64,000 bases of DNA, taken from assembly GCF_006345805.1 (NCBI RefSeq), contig NC_043003.1, positions 36,208,001 to 36,272,000 of the forward strand, in the 5' to 3' direction. The notes below the pieces were generated by a model. The model was given only the letters and a program-made list of their open reading frames with translations. It made no database searches and was not told the origin of the DNA. A program made the position numbers and the translations under genes. Positions 26,034 to 39,717 of the stretch are shown here, piece by piece (positions within the stretch are counted from its first letter, which is position 1; the number at the start of each line of letters is the position of its first letter). The DNA comes from Octopus sinensis. Taxonomy: Eukaryota.

Positions 26034-26101
<68 letters not shown>

Positions 26102-26107
26102 CATTAT

Positions 26108-26940
26108 TTTCTCTTTATCAGACGTTTTGTTGGAACTCCTGGAGTCTTGCATGCGTAGCGGGCTTACTACCTGCAGCCTACGGTGCCATGCTATTCTTTT
26201 TTTTCAGCTATTTCATACTTCCCTGATTATTCTAGCCGTACCATGGAAACAAACTTTTTGCAACAGTTCTACTGGACACTCTATCTCAATTTCCTTTATT
26301 CTACGGTTGATGCTTTCTGATAGTCCTTGTTGAGTCCTTCCGAAGGACTATCTTCACCTTCTATTTTGTACCTAAGACGGTTGTATCTATCTTTTCGCCT
26401 TCCTCCTTTACTATTCGTGGACCAAAGCGGCATGCAGCATCAACTACTAGCATATGTGATGCGCTTTGTCCCACACCACTACGTCCGGTCTATTATGCTC
26501 TAGCACCTCATATGTTTGGATTGAGAAATACCCAATGATTTTGCTAATTTCCGACTCCGTTGCTCTCTGCTGCTTGTGCTCCTACAACCTCTTGCTCTCT
26601 CTAACTCCCATTATTCGCACAGTTTCCAATTTAGTAATTTCTCTACCTGGTCATGCCTCCATAACTTGTAGAGGTTTTGGGCAAGTCTAGGGGATTCGTT
26701 CGTGATATGGGTAATGGTTTCATCCACTCTATTGCAGATGTGGCACAGCGGAGACACTTGCTCTTTCCTAATGTTAACCCGTCAATTCATCGCCAAAGCT
26801 TTGTCTTGCGCTGCCAATATAATGCTTTTCCCAAGAGGGAAGACTTGGAATTTATCGATCTATTTCTGAGAGTAAGTTTGGTTTGACCTATGTAGTCCAC
26901 GTTACATCATTTCCATTCAACAAATTATATTTTAGAATAT
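26108..26940 (-). mobile_element. 5'-truncated Dong-like LINE, same subfamily as 13559-15322
   Basis: The reverse complement shares gagcaagtgtctccgctgt..catctgcaatagagtggatgaaaccattacccatatcacgaa and the terminal gct..gcatg.aagactcca.ga..tccaa with 14695-14770 and 15270-15300; its tail is the TTA array at 26033-26107. Confidence 0.9.
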
Positions 26941-27691
26941 TTTGACGAAGAGGTAACGTGATGTTTTCATGCTAAAAGTACGTCCTGGTTTAAAGTTATG
27001 TCTCGCCTTCAATGAGACTGATGCAAGTCTCGCAATTAGAGCGGCCACACTATTTTACTGTTGGTGTGAGGTTGATAGAAGGTAATTTAGCGCTGGTAGT
27101 TACTTTTCACAAATCCGAAAAATATATTCATGCAAAAATACAAACCAAGTCCGAATAATATTTCACAAAATACATTCCCCAACAACGACTCACACACAGA
27201 TAACAACGTAATCTGTGGTTACAATCATAATTTTTGTCTCGTATGACGCTAATGCACGCATTTTGTGAAGAACAAAATTTTATGCCCACGCCCACACATA
27301 CAAGCCATAAACTTTTAGCTGATGAATTACAGGGAAACAATTTTCTATTCTACCACTTGACAGATTAAATGTAGCGAGCCTTGATAGTTTGGAACTGTCA
27401 GTCTTAATTTTGGCGCAAAAATATAGTCACTTTATATTATCGCACAGACACAGCCAGGAACTTGCATAAAATTCTGGGCCTAATCATTGTGACCATCCTC
27501 TGCCACACTTGACAGATTAAATTCAGAGAGTCATGAACTCAACCATGTCAGCCTTAACTTATAACTTTTTATATACATACGTATGCATATACGCTTGTCC
27601 ATGAGACTGTGCTTTTATGTAATTTCGGGAGACGGTTTCTATAAATGTGTATGTGTGTGTGTGCTTGTGTGTGTGTGTGCTCGTTTACATT

Positions 27692-27912
27692 TATGAGGTA
27701 GTGCCTACAAGTTCCTGGGTTTAAGCGTACCGCGAAACGCCTGGTCGGAGGCCCAGACTTTCGAGTTCTTTTGCAGGGCTTAGAAGAACTGAAGGAAAGC
27801 AGCAGCAAGTCTGTGACTGTGAGAAGGAAATATCTTGAATAAAGCCCTACTTCACTGATCCTCCTTTATTTTCTTTTAACCAAAGCCAGCAACTTCTCAG
27901 CACCCCATCGTA
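27692..27912 (+). mobile_element. Mariner-derived MITE, copy 3 (complete, TA-flanked)
   Basis: TIR-like ends tatgaggtagtgcctacaagttcctgg / ccagcaacttctcagcaccccatcgta; the interior retains decayed last codons of a mariner transposase (GLEELKE...V.VRRKYLE*). Confidence 0.82.
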
Positions 27913-28112
27913 TATATGTATGCCAATCTGCTGAAATCAGATTTTACAACGCCTTTCCACATACTGTTTATTTATAATTATTTTCATTACGTAATGCATT
28001 GAAAAATTTTATTACGTATATTTCTGAGTGCATGTGTGTATGCGTGCGATTTACAACCTATTCGAACTTCTCTAGTCGCACATCTGAATAGTTAGATGCA
28101 CAATCACAGGGG

Positions 28113-28376
<264 letters not shown>

Positions 28377-28451
28377 TTTCCTCGTGAACCCACAGGAATG
28401 AATTTATGGTTAACTTGACGATTTTATAGGTTTGGTCATATCCGTAAAGTA

Positions 28452-29436
28452 TCAGGTTATCGCATAAGTTCTGTCCGAATTTTGAATAAAGGAAACAAGT
28501 AATCACATGTTATATTTCAATGAGGTTTAATAATCAATGTACGTTCCCTGATTATTTATGACTTCCTTCCATCTATTTACAAGCTTTTTAATCCCATCAT
28601 TGTAAAACACTTTTGGTTTCAAAGCGAAGAACTCTGAAATGCCAGTTTCGACCTCCTCCTGGCATGCGAAAGTTATGTCCCCCAAATAATTCTGTAAACT
28701 ACGATAGAGAGAAGTACCTTTTATCCATGAAGTTCCCTTCTCGGTTGTGGTTTAGCTTTTCCCCTTTTACCAAGCCACTTTTTCCGACGTTTAATAGTTC
28801 GATAGATCCATTTTTCGTCACCAGTCACAAGTCTATCCAAAAAGGGTGAAATGAGTTCGTGAGAACGGAGAGAGGAGCTCTTTGATAATTCATGAGACAC
28901 CCATTTTCCAAGTTTAGGAACCTTTCCAAGTTGTTGAAGATGACGATGAGTAGTTGTATGGTTTGAACTGAGCTTTATTGCCAATTCTTCAACCGATAAT
29001 GCAGGATTTTCTTCAAGTAATGCCTCAAGGAGTTTATCATAAAACTCAACTGGACGTCCTGTTCGATCTTCATCTTCAAGGCTAAAATCTCCACTTCGGA
29101 ATTTTGCAAACCATCTCCTGCAATTTCTTTCATTCAAACATTCTTTCCCATAAACTGAGTATATGTTTCGAGTCGCTTCGGCTGTAGAGTTTCCTTTTTT
29201 TTTGTACTCATAAAGCATTATGTGCCTCAAATGTTCTTTGGATATTTCCATGTTAGATAGGGTTTTAATCAAAGAAATTTTAATTCTGTTATTCTATAAA
29301 ATAATATTTAATTAGTTTAAATGTACACAAACGCATACAAATAATTTTAAATTCTATTAAACATTCTAAAATACTATTAAATTCCATTCAATTTAAAAAA
29401 AAGTTAAAATCGGATAAAACTTATGGGATGACCTGA
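28452..29436 (-). mobile_element. Internally deleted mariner (Hsmar1/SETMAR-like group)
   Basis: TIRs tcaggttatcgcataagttctgtccga (28452) and rc tcaggtcatcccataagttttatccga (29436). ORF 28721-29272: EHLRHIMLYEY...CRRWFAKFRSGDFSLEDEDRTGRP...GKWVSHEL...LVTGDEKWI; the C-terminal DDE half is largely deleted. Confidence 0.95.
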
Positions 29437-32024
29437 CAGAAACCTAAACACCTTTACCCGACCAGCCGATCTTAAAAAAACAGTTAAATATATGGGATGA
29501 GTCAAGCCACATTATCATCTCTAGAAAACACATTGATCAATATAGAAATATTTCCCACACGCTTGAATGCCGTTTGTGTACGGCACGAATTAAGAATCAA
29601 AATGTGCTTTAAAACACGTCAAATCCAGAATTTTATCAATTTTCAAAGGGACTATACAAATGCTACCAAATAGTATTTACAAATTATCCAAATAAGTACA
29701 CAGTTTTCAAAAATAATAAGAAAACTAGCAACTGTAATTGCTGTTACTATCTCCTCTCCAATATTACAGTTAACTCTGATGGCACTTAAAAATATACACT
29801 TTACTCGCATTTTTAAAACATGTAAAATATATCTATAACAAATGCAATGCAACACAAATCTTTTTAAAATATATTCATGGCATCAAATTATTGAAATTAT
29901 CTTATGGTTTTCATGAAGTAATAGTTCCCAGAAACTTTATTGATATCAGGAACGCAAAACATTAACTATTCTAAACTATACTCAGATCAAACAAGCCAAG
30001 TCTTTTGGCGTAATAATATATGTAAAACTTCTGCTCATAAAAAGTGGCAATCATCTTAGAGATAGCAAAAATATCAAATTATCGGTCAGTATTTTTGCCA
30101 AAAGCCATCACGGTATATATTCGCTTAGTATCTATTATTGCTAGACTGCTTAGTTGCGTTTATCCGTTTGTAATTTCTCAGACATGTCTTTATTCTTCTA
30201 AAGCTATTGAACGTGTGCTGTCCAGAACATGTTGCAACTGCAATATTTACTACCATATAAAAGATTTTCTTGCTAGCTAGCTATATAACATGAAGCATGT
30301 TATTATACAAAATTTCAACAACATCTGCAACAATCACGTGTAAGCCTGATAAATGTGAATAGACTATGATGTGCTTTATATAGATTGCCTTTTCTGTCTT
30401 TCGGAGATCCAGATCTACACCATAATCGAATGCAACGAGTCGGTACTGCTTAACTAAGTCGTTTGACGAATAAGGATTTAAGATATTAAAACTGAGCTAC
30501 AGAATATGTCTTAGTTATATCACTAATTCGTAATACCAATACCATTTCCTTAATAGCTTTTTCCAGACAGAAACACTCGCAGGTAGATAATAATAGAAGT
30601 CTTTGGTAATTTAACCCGGCAGCACTTTCGTTCGTGATTTCCCAACCGGGAAACAAACTTTGTTTTTTACTCTGTGGAAAGCTAGCTTCTCTGAAAGAGA
30701 ATCATGCTCCTTGGATGATGATTTTTTAAAACCTAACATTACAATATATTTCTCCTCATTTCTACTGATAGGGAAAATTTACCTTGATTTCCTTTGCTGT
30801 TTTCATACTTTGCAATTTTCCTTTATTATGTTTCTTTGCAGTGTTTCTCTGAAGCGTTTTGCATGTTCAACACTGAACTGCTTAATATATTGATCACTCT
30901 CGAGTTCATGTCCAGTTTGGTTTTCGGAACCACATAAGTACATACATAATGTCGATATAGTTACATACTGAATTCGCATTTATCCCTTATGACTTAAATT
31001 CATGCTATTAAATACTTGAGGTGTGTGCATGCATATATGATATGATTCTTTAATTTAAACTTATGTACACATCAACACACACACACACATACACACACAC
31101 ACACGCGCATACATGCATACATAAGTTTAAGTTAAATATTATAGCTTTCTAAGTCTTAAAAAATAAACGCTAACTGTAACATTTTAACTTAAAATTTTAA
31201 GACGATCTGTATAGCTCAACAAATGCAGCAACTATTTGCGTTTCTCATATACATTTGCGTTATCTATCAATATAAATCATAATATTTATATATTTTAGTA
31301 ATGTCTTCGCATACGTACAAAGAAGCAAATCTTTTTTCTCATGAGAACTTAAACACGAAAGTGAAATTGAACAGAACATCATACATTCATGTACACATAC
31401 ATTTGTTTTGGTTGCCTTCTCTTACATTTATTCAACACCAATTAGTTAAACTGTTGCGTAGAGATGCTGGAAATTTGTAAAATATGTTTGATGTGTTAAC
31501 CTAAATGGAATTATTCTCCAAACTAATGACAAAATCAGAACCAAAGTTTGGGATTTTTATTTATTTATTTTTTATATTTAGCACAGAATTGTGATAGAAT
31601 CGCGCCCAAAACATTGATTTCGGTAACCAGCTAGCATCGAAAGACTATTTCAACAAATATTTAATCTTTGAGTATTATAAAAAATATTCAAAAAATGACA
31701 AAATGTAGAGGGAGAATTTTCATTGAATCCAGTATTATCGAACTTTCTCGAGTTAATTTAACCTGTCATATTGATATTTCATATTTTTCAGATGATTTCA
31801 GATTAATGGTCTTCATTCAGAAGTCTCTTAACTAATGCTGAACGACACAATGTCAAAACTTTTAAGAGCTCTTGTTCTTTTTCCGCTTTTTGTATTTGGA
31901 ATTTTTTGTTGTTGCTGCTGAATCTTTGAAAAATATGTTAGGCAGGAAGAAAAAAAATGTGAGGATAAAAAAAAATGATGAGGAAGATTGCCCCCATTAT
32001 TTTTGTTGTTGTCATTATTACTAT

Positions 32025-32047
32025 TCTTCTTCTTCTTCTTCTTCTTC

Positions 32048-32081
<34 letters not shown>

Positions 32082-32215
32082 AAGAAGAAGAAGAAGAAGA
32101 AGAAGAAGAAGAAGAAGAAGAAGAAGAAGAAGAAGAAAGAAGAAGAAGAAGAAGAAGAAGAAGAAGAAGAAGGTGATGATATCGATGTTGCTACTCTAGA
32201 TGATGATGATGAATA
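32025..32215. repeat. (TTC)n-(TTA)n-(GAA)n-(GAT)n compound array
   Basis: Direct reading. Confidence 0.96.
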
Positions 32216-34344
32216 AGAAACAAAGTACTAAAAGTGACAGCATATGAAATTGTGCACAGCAAAAATTATAAACAATTGTAGAAAACAATAACGACAAAAA
32301 AATATATCGAAGGCGAAATTAAAACTGCAAAATGGCTTGGAATGTGAATCAATGGAAAATAAAACACAGAAAGAGAGAGAAAAATCCACATCCCTCATCA
32401 ATGGGAAGCATTATGAGGAAATATTCAGTGGTAGTGCTGGATTAAAGTCACAAACGAAATGATTGCCAAAATGGTTGTCATGTTAATATCGTTCAGAGAA
32501 GATAAAAACATTGAACATGAAATGTACTTGAGAAATATCTGTGTGAAGTTTTAGAGTTAAAAATATAAAAGAAAAGATCTAAACATTTTAAGGAACGAGG
32601 AAGACGGAGAGGAATTATGATTGAGAGAACAAGGAAATAGAGAGGGTCGAAACTGCGTGTATGTGAGAGATAGAGAGCGGATGAGGGTGCGAGTATGTGT
32701 GTTTGAGAGAGAAAGAACGAGATATAAAATGTGTCCGTGTGTGTGTGTGCGTGCGGGTGTATTTGTGTTTGATGCCAGGGAGGGTGATTCAGAAAACTTT
32801 CAAAAAAATCGTTATCAGAAAGAAGCTTTGAAAGAGAGAGAGAGGGGGAGGGGGCTGTAGGCGAAAATAGAAAGAGAGAAGACAAGTATTAGTGGATCTA
32901 ACGCTTTTGTGTGCTCAACAGTATAAGAGGTGGGATAGAAAACAAAACATGTTGAAAGCGTGTGTGTATGTGGGCTTGTGCGTATGTGCAAGAAAGAAAG
33001 TGAAAGATAATGCAAGAGAGACAGAAAGTGAGATAAAAGGGAAGAGAGAAAGAGAGAGTGATTAAATGCTGTTACTTACAACTAAGACTAAACTAAGAAT
33101 TAAAATGTGTAGACGGATGGAGATACTGGTTGGTTTTTCAGCAAGTTGAAAAAGAGGAGGAAATGGAAAGAGAGGAAATTGGTAAGAGTTATAAGTGTTA
33201 GAGAAATGATATGAGGGTGAGAATATGTAAAGGTAATTTGGGAGAATTATGTCGATAGGAGAAAGAAACAAGATAAGAGACATGAGAGTGAAATGAAACA
33301 AAACAAGAAAGAAAACGACCAAAGAGAGATTATATGCATACGACTAAGACAATGAAGAGATATATAACGAAGGAAAATACAAAAAGTAAATTATAAAGCG
33401 TTGCTTCATATGGAGAAATTGTTGAGTAATGAAAGAGGAGGAGAGAGAGATAGGGGGAATGAAAGAGAATTGCTGACAGAATTGGAGAGTAGGTTATAGC
33501 AACACGTGATTAAAACAAAGAATATACGTTTTGCAAATTAGTAAAATATCTAAGGTAAGTTTATTACTGAACATCTATAGAGATCGATCAGTAACAGAAA
33601 CTGGAAGAAAAATATACTTGCTTTTTATTTCATTTTATTGTGTTTATGCCGTCCATGATATGTAATAGCATTTGAATGCAGTGAAGTGTTCTATTTTATC
33701 ACTTAGAAAAGATATAGTCTGTCTTATCTTCGATTCACACTTAAAACTATAAACTTGTTAAAATGTTCTACATTTCTAGTGTGTAGATTCAGTGTCATAA
33801 AGATAATTAACAGAAAGACAAGAAATTAAGACTAACAAAACTAACACGATCTCTTTGTAGGAATTGAGAGCAAGCGGTTCAGAAATGTACAGAAACAAGG
33901 TTCAGTAAGTGATAGTCATGAAGTGATAAAACACTTAATGTTACAAGAAAATAAATGAGACAGCGAGATAAAAAGACGGTTTTTATTATTCCAGCATGTT
34001 CTATTGAATGATAGATCGAATACGATAAACAATTAGTATATAGTGCTGGTACCCTCAACTAGACGAGAAGTAAAATTTACAGTCAAACAAATTTCAAACA
34101 CCATCATCATAGATTTTTCAGCGATTATCATTACTAAGGTTTTCGTTGTTATTATTGTTCTAGTTGTTTTTGTGGTCGTTATTTACGTCATAAGAATTTA
34201 ACTTCGAGAGACGAGTAATAATTCACTTTTAACTCTAGAAATCATTATGGAGAAAGCTATAAATAATAGTGTGTGAATATTGGTTTACATCAAATATTTC
34301 TGGAAAGAAACTATCGACGGCTGCCTGTGAAAGTAATCCGCATC

Positions 34345-34492
34345 ATCTGTGAGGTCGACTTTGCCTTTCAGCCTTTCGGGATCGATGAAATAAGTACCAG
34401 TTGTACACTGGAGTCGATCTAATTGACTAGTCTCCTCCCCACAAATTTCACGTCTTGTGCATATACTAGAAAGGATTATTATTACTATTAAT
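34345..34492 (+). mobile_element. OR-type Octopus SINE 3' half with TTA tail
   Basis: gaggtcgactttgcctttca.cctttcggg.tcgat.aaataagtaccagttg..cactgg.gtcgat matches 46658-46835 and 53792-54011 in reverse; ends gattattattact. Confidence 0.85.
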
Positions 34493-35762
34493 TTATTGTC
34501 CTTGCACAGCTTCTAACGCTGGAGATGCACTACGGTGTCAGCTGTTCACTACCAGTGAACTAAGGTAACGTCCCTTATTTTTCGAGCACCATCCGGAGTA
34601 TTCGAGTGATTCCAAGCAGTGTTGTTTCCTGCAAGTACTCCGACAATTATTGGTACTACCACCACCTTTTTCATCGACCACAACTGCTTAACCTCCCAAG
34701 TTAACCTGTTATATGTATCGACTTTTCTTTCTTCCTTATCGCAATACCTTGTTGTCAGCTGAGCATGCTATATCTATGATCCCGCATAGTTTGCTCTCTT
34801 CCTCAATAAAGACTATGCCTCGTTTCCTATTCTCTATCTGATAGTCGTACTGAATCATAAAATCCCATAGGATCTTTGCATAAACATTTTCAATGATGCC
34901 TTCGAGTTTATGTTTGTACCACTTTTCTGCTCTCTCAAGCCCATACCTGCTGTAAGGTGTCCAATGGACAATCCTTCCGATATCGTCATGACGTCTCTTA
35001 TATTCTTTTTGGGCCAGTGGCATATATTGACTGGTAATACGCCATACAGTTTCACCGTTTTGTCCACAGACTCTACACTTATCAGTTTCTGATATGTTGT
35101 CTATTCTGTATTTGATGTAATTGGTAGTTAATGCTTGCTTTTGGGCAGCACAGATTAGAGCTTGCGTTTCTTGTTTTAAATCACATTTAGTTATGCATAG
35201 CCATCTTTTCTCTCTGTCTGTCTTATCCTCAACATCACTATGAAATCGTCCATGCATTCTTTTTTTCCACCTATTTTCAATTTCCTTTATTCTCAAGTGT
35301 TTGTACAGGGCTTTATCTTTGCAATCTTCCATCCTACAGAGGCCTGACCTTCTTGGTTCCAATAATACTTCTTAGTTCCAGCTCTATGCCATTTTTACAT
35401 ACCATGCTACGTTGATTTCTTCTGCTCTAATGCTGCGTTCGCATCCAATAAGTCATTTTATTCTTGGTACATACATTCTGTCTCTGTCAGTTTTGGGTGG
35501 AGTATCCCATATCTAGTTAAAAACTTCCTTGTCTTTTTGTCTAAGGTGTTTAGTTTGTCTACTGTCCATGCGATTACTCCTGCGAAACCGCCCAGGTATT
35601 GATAGCTTCAATCTTATTCCGTCCGTTTAATTTCGACTTAAGCATCAGTCTCAGTCTGCGCAAGTACTCCACCTTAAATTTTTCGGTCATTTCTTCCTTC
35701 ATCAATTTATTTATTTCCAATATCCTCTAGGACTTATAACCCGTCTCTTCTATTTGCTTCAT
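34493..35762 (-). mobile_element. 5'-truncated Dong-like LINE (third subfamily)
   Basis: ORF 34736-35362: MHGRF...DLKQETQALICAAQKQAL.TNYIK..ID...KCRVCGQNGETV..I...LAQKEYKRRHD...KILWDF..Q.D; upstream EYLRRLRLMLKSKLNGRNKIEAINTWAV; the 3' end abuts the SINE TTA tail. Confidence 0.93.
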
Positions 35763-37063
35763 AACCTACCCCGACGGTTACAATAGTTGGTGCGGTTACA
35801 ATATTTGGTGCGTATTACGAGACGTTTGTAAACACTGATATGATAAAAAATTACGTGACCAAATCTATCCCGATTCTCCATCACGAGCTGAGAAAAAGGA
35901 TACTTTAAGCAAACAATAGCAGAAGCAAGAAAAAACTTTGTACACAATTGTAGATATTGTTTCTAAAGCAGTACTGGTCACAATTCCAAGAATGGTCAAG
36001 AGATTCGATTCGTTACCCTGATAGAAGTTGACAATTAGGGTACAGATTAAAATTCTGGTCCCGAAATCGATGAAAAAAAAAGCCGATGCTTCACTACCTA
36101 ATATTAGTAGCACCTTCTTGTCATAGGGTGATATTGAAGAGACTGCAACATCGCCAGCACAGTGCACAGATTATCAGACTCAAATTATCGTAGCTCGTCT
36201 AACAGAGTTGCAGTCTTGGATGAAAGGTAGACCACAATAGGGATGTTAGCGCATAAACTTTTGCCAGGCGTTGTGATTCCTGTCTGCCAGGCATTACTGT
36301 TGATGAACGCCCCACTATGACGTTGTATATGCGATTTATGACTGGTAAGATCGAGGACCGCCTCGGGGACACTAGGTTTCGACGAGAATCTACAGACCGC
36401 TCTGTTCCGTAGGACATGCGGTTCAAAGCCTATGGATAATTTCTAGGAATGCTAGCGGGATCATTCCTAGCCCAGGATGCAAAAGAGCTTCGGAACCATC
36501 CTGCAAGAAATCGAGCATTTCTGACTCCGCGTGGAGGATGTGTCCTGTTATCTTATTCTGTTGTGATGATCGTCCTGCCGTCTCCCATTTTACGGGAACA
36601 TCGGAGGGTTTTCCTGTCATAGCGGCTAGGAAGAAGAGGTTCTGAAGTGACTGAAGACATACTTTTCTATTTTAGTCTAATCCCCATCGACTGTCTGGAT
36701 TCTATTTCAAAAGAGATATGAGTACTAAAGGGAAGTTGTGCCCTGTAATAAATTTGTTGAATATGGTGAGGATGGCCAAAGTAAGTACCGTTATAAAATA
36801 AATTTCTGAAATGTAAGCTCAATCCTTATATGCCAGGCATTACGTCATATTGAAGCTGCTAAATAGGCTGTTATTTTATTCCATATTCTACAAAAATATT
36901 CGCTGCACTATGCAACTTGCTTACACTATTTCGAGAATTCTGAAAAATAATGTCTCATACTACAAAGTATTCCATAAATAGTACACGTATTTAAATTGAA
37001 TCGTAACATGTATAACACTGTAATTGATTTAAGTAGCTAACTCGTATACAACATATATGTATT

Positions 37064-37117
<54 letters not shown>

Positions 37118-38611
37118 CTATATTTGCATATACAAATATGCATATACGTATATACGCACACACTCATACACATATATATGTATGCACACATATATATATT
37201 ATATGTGTGTGTGTGTTTGTGTTAATATGCACGCACACACGCACACATATACATGTATACATAAATATGTAGATAGATGTTATATGATAGATATGTTCGT
37301 GTGAGTCTTGTTTCTGTAAGATCACTAACCTATTTTCCCTATATTTCTGAATACATTCACTCATATCTGTATGTGAGTGCGGGAGAATACGTATGTATAA
37401 AATTTCTCCTTTAAGAACTAATTCAATTTACTTCACAACCGTCTGTCGCACTGGTCTTATTCTATATCTACATTATATCTGAAACCGATAATTCCCAAGC
37501 ATATCATCAAAGAAAATTACCAATCGTTGCATAATTATGAAAATCTATGTATTTATCAGTTCACTTTACTCCGTGGCAAGGGAGTAGATATTGAAAGAAA
37601 GATTTATTATATGCATATCTTCGATACATTTTTATTTCAACACACCAGCTTTCTGGAATGAATTTTCGTTACTAGCATAAGTAGCTCGTTCATCTAGTTG
37701 CAAAAGATGGGTTCTAAATCAGTGACATTTATCCTCATGAGTGTCATCATGTATACGAAATAATGGATTGTGAACACAGTCATCAGTGTTATGCCAATTC
37801 AGTAACTATTTAGAAACCTTCATTTCTTCATTGCAAATAAGTGCTTATTTTTTTAGATGCTACAGCCATTAATACTTATTTAGTCTGTGACTCAATTATT
37901 CGCCTTCATAACCTATTATTTACCAAATCTCTTATTTAATTTTCATATTCTTTTTCGTACACTAACACTCTATAATCAATTACACCGCATATTTCGTCAG
38001 CGATTCAAAAGATCTTTTCAAGTAATGAACTAACGTAAGAAGAAAATAACGCTGGTCGAAATACGAAAATAAAATTAAAATGAACTGATACTGTTTCCAT
38101 GTGGATGATGAAATTTTTATTGATTTATTTCTATGACCTCTTTAGTAACTATTACGATACGTCTCTTGGATGAGAATAACACTTCTTAAATCAACTTCTA
38201 TATATTCTCAGTTATAAAACAAAGTGCGAACGTCTCGATGTGATGTAATTAAGTTGATAGAAAACAATAGTAGTTAATTAGGTTGAAATATATATATTAG
38301 TGAAAGGGGATTGTTCTAAATAACTGATGCTTCTCTCTTAGCGACTTTCGTTTTTGTATGCTGTGTAGGCTCTGTTGCTTTGGCATTTATATTGTGCTAC
38401 ATAAAAAAAAAAAATCGAATTTCAAATGTGCGGACAGCGTATGACAAGGAAATTTTAGATGCTTACTTATAAATTCTTATATTACCTTGCCGAACCTTTC
38501 TTTGATGTTGGTTATATTAGTACATTTTCGCGAAGTATTAGGATGCCTGTTTAGCAATCGATTTGAAAAGACTGTAAACAACTATGTGCATATGTGCATA
38601 CATATATACAC

Positions 38612-38656
<45 letters not shown>

Positions 38657-38752
38657 TATATATTATATTTATCTTTGTACTATATGCACATATATGTGTG
38701 TGTATGTGTGTGCCTTTTTTACACACGTGGATATAATATATATATTTATACA

Positions 38753-38828
38753 TGGCTGTGTGGTAAAAAGCTTGTTAGCCAACCATATGCTTCCGGGTTC
38801 AATCCCACTGCGTGACACCTTGGACAAC
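38753..38828 (+). mobile_element. OK-type SINE tRNA-like head, truncated
   Basis: tggctgtgtggtaaaaagcttg..(A box)..ccgggttcaatcccactgcgtgacaccttggacaa (B box). Confidence 0.8.
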
Positions 38829-39223
38829 ATAGATATGTATGCGACCTTTGGTCATCCGACCCCGAAAACACTGTACAAAGAGTACCATTCCATTTCCACA
38901 AGAACACCGGCGTTCAAAATATACATATTTTCCATACATTTTTGTCCAGAAAACGCTTGTCACACCGCAACACTCCCAGAGATGGTACTTTGTTACCAAC
39001 GGACATAATTCTGGTCGTTTCATCGTCTTTTTCACAGTAACTACCACCGGATGTGTTTGTTCACCCACAACGATCGAGAGTAGTCACTATATTCCATTTC
39101 AAAGTTAGCATGTCTAAAGAACGCAGGATTACACAATCAGATCCTAGCAGTCCGTCGAACACCCAGTGCGAAACCCTTCGGTAAGATCGGTCATAAAAAT
39201 ATGCAATAATGTGCACTTCGATT

Positions 39224-39293
<70 letters not shown>

Positions 39294-39344
39294 CCGGCGC
39301 GACAGATTGTGCTTTGTGTGTTGGGACCACCCTAAAGATGAATA

Positions 39345-39705
39345 GCCAAAGTGAATTTTATCAGCATCTCATGCTTTTTTAAAAATAGCAAGAAAGAAGT
39401 GGAAACCTGGAGAAAAATGTACGCAGAGAGGCTGCTGTTACAGAACATATGTGCCAAAAGATTTTGATCTGGAAATTTTGGGGTCCGAGATGCACCTAAT
39501 ATTGACCAACAAACGTTGATTAACAGCGATAGTAATCCCCATTGTACGATCAGGATTGTCGCAAATATTCCACAAATATCTAAATCGGGGACTGAAAATC
39601 ATGTGCATCAATTTGACTACGTTAGCAGACTCGTTGGATGGGTTTCACATGGATTGAATAAGGCTAACTTCACCCAACGGATTTTCATCGCCGATTGGAA
39701 GAAAA
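39345..39705 (+). mobile_element. Mariner transposase 5' fragment
   Basis: ..RF*SGNFGVRDAP...DSNPHCTIRIVAN.PQISKS...HQFDYVSRLVGWVSHGLNKANFTQRI, the decayed 'YVSR+DVWVPHEL' motif. Confidence 0.75.
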
Positions 39706-39717
39706 TGTGGAAAGAAA

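Noticed and set aside
25722-26333. 203-aa plus-strand ORF
   Set aside because: Antisense to two LINE fragments and spans a TTA array (poly-I).
31835-31921. Signal-peptide-like mini-ORF MLNDTMSKLLRALVLFPLFVFGIFCCCC after a strong acceptor at ~31790
   Set aside because: It stops after 28 codons in a T-rich tract with no good donor; hydrophobicity is explained by base composition.
36085-36130. DKKVLLILGSEASA resembling a SpoU/TrmH methyltransferase motif
   Set aside because: Seven-residue resemblance only; no other SPOUT motifs and no convincing splice sites.
38753-38828. tRNA gene (also 528-600 and 53950-54005)
   Set aside because: A/B boxes are present but I could not form a cloverleaf, and the sequences run into SINE bodies; they are SINE heads.
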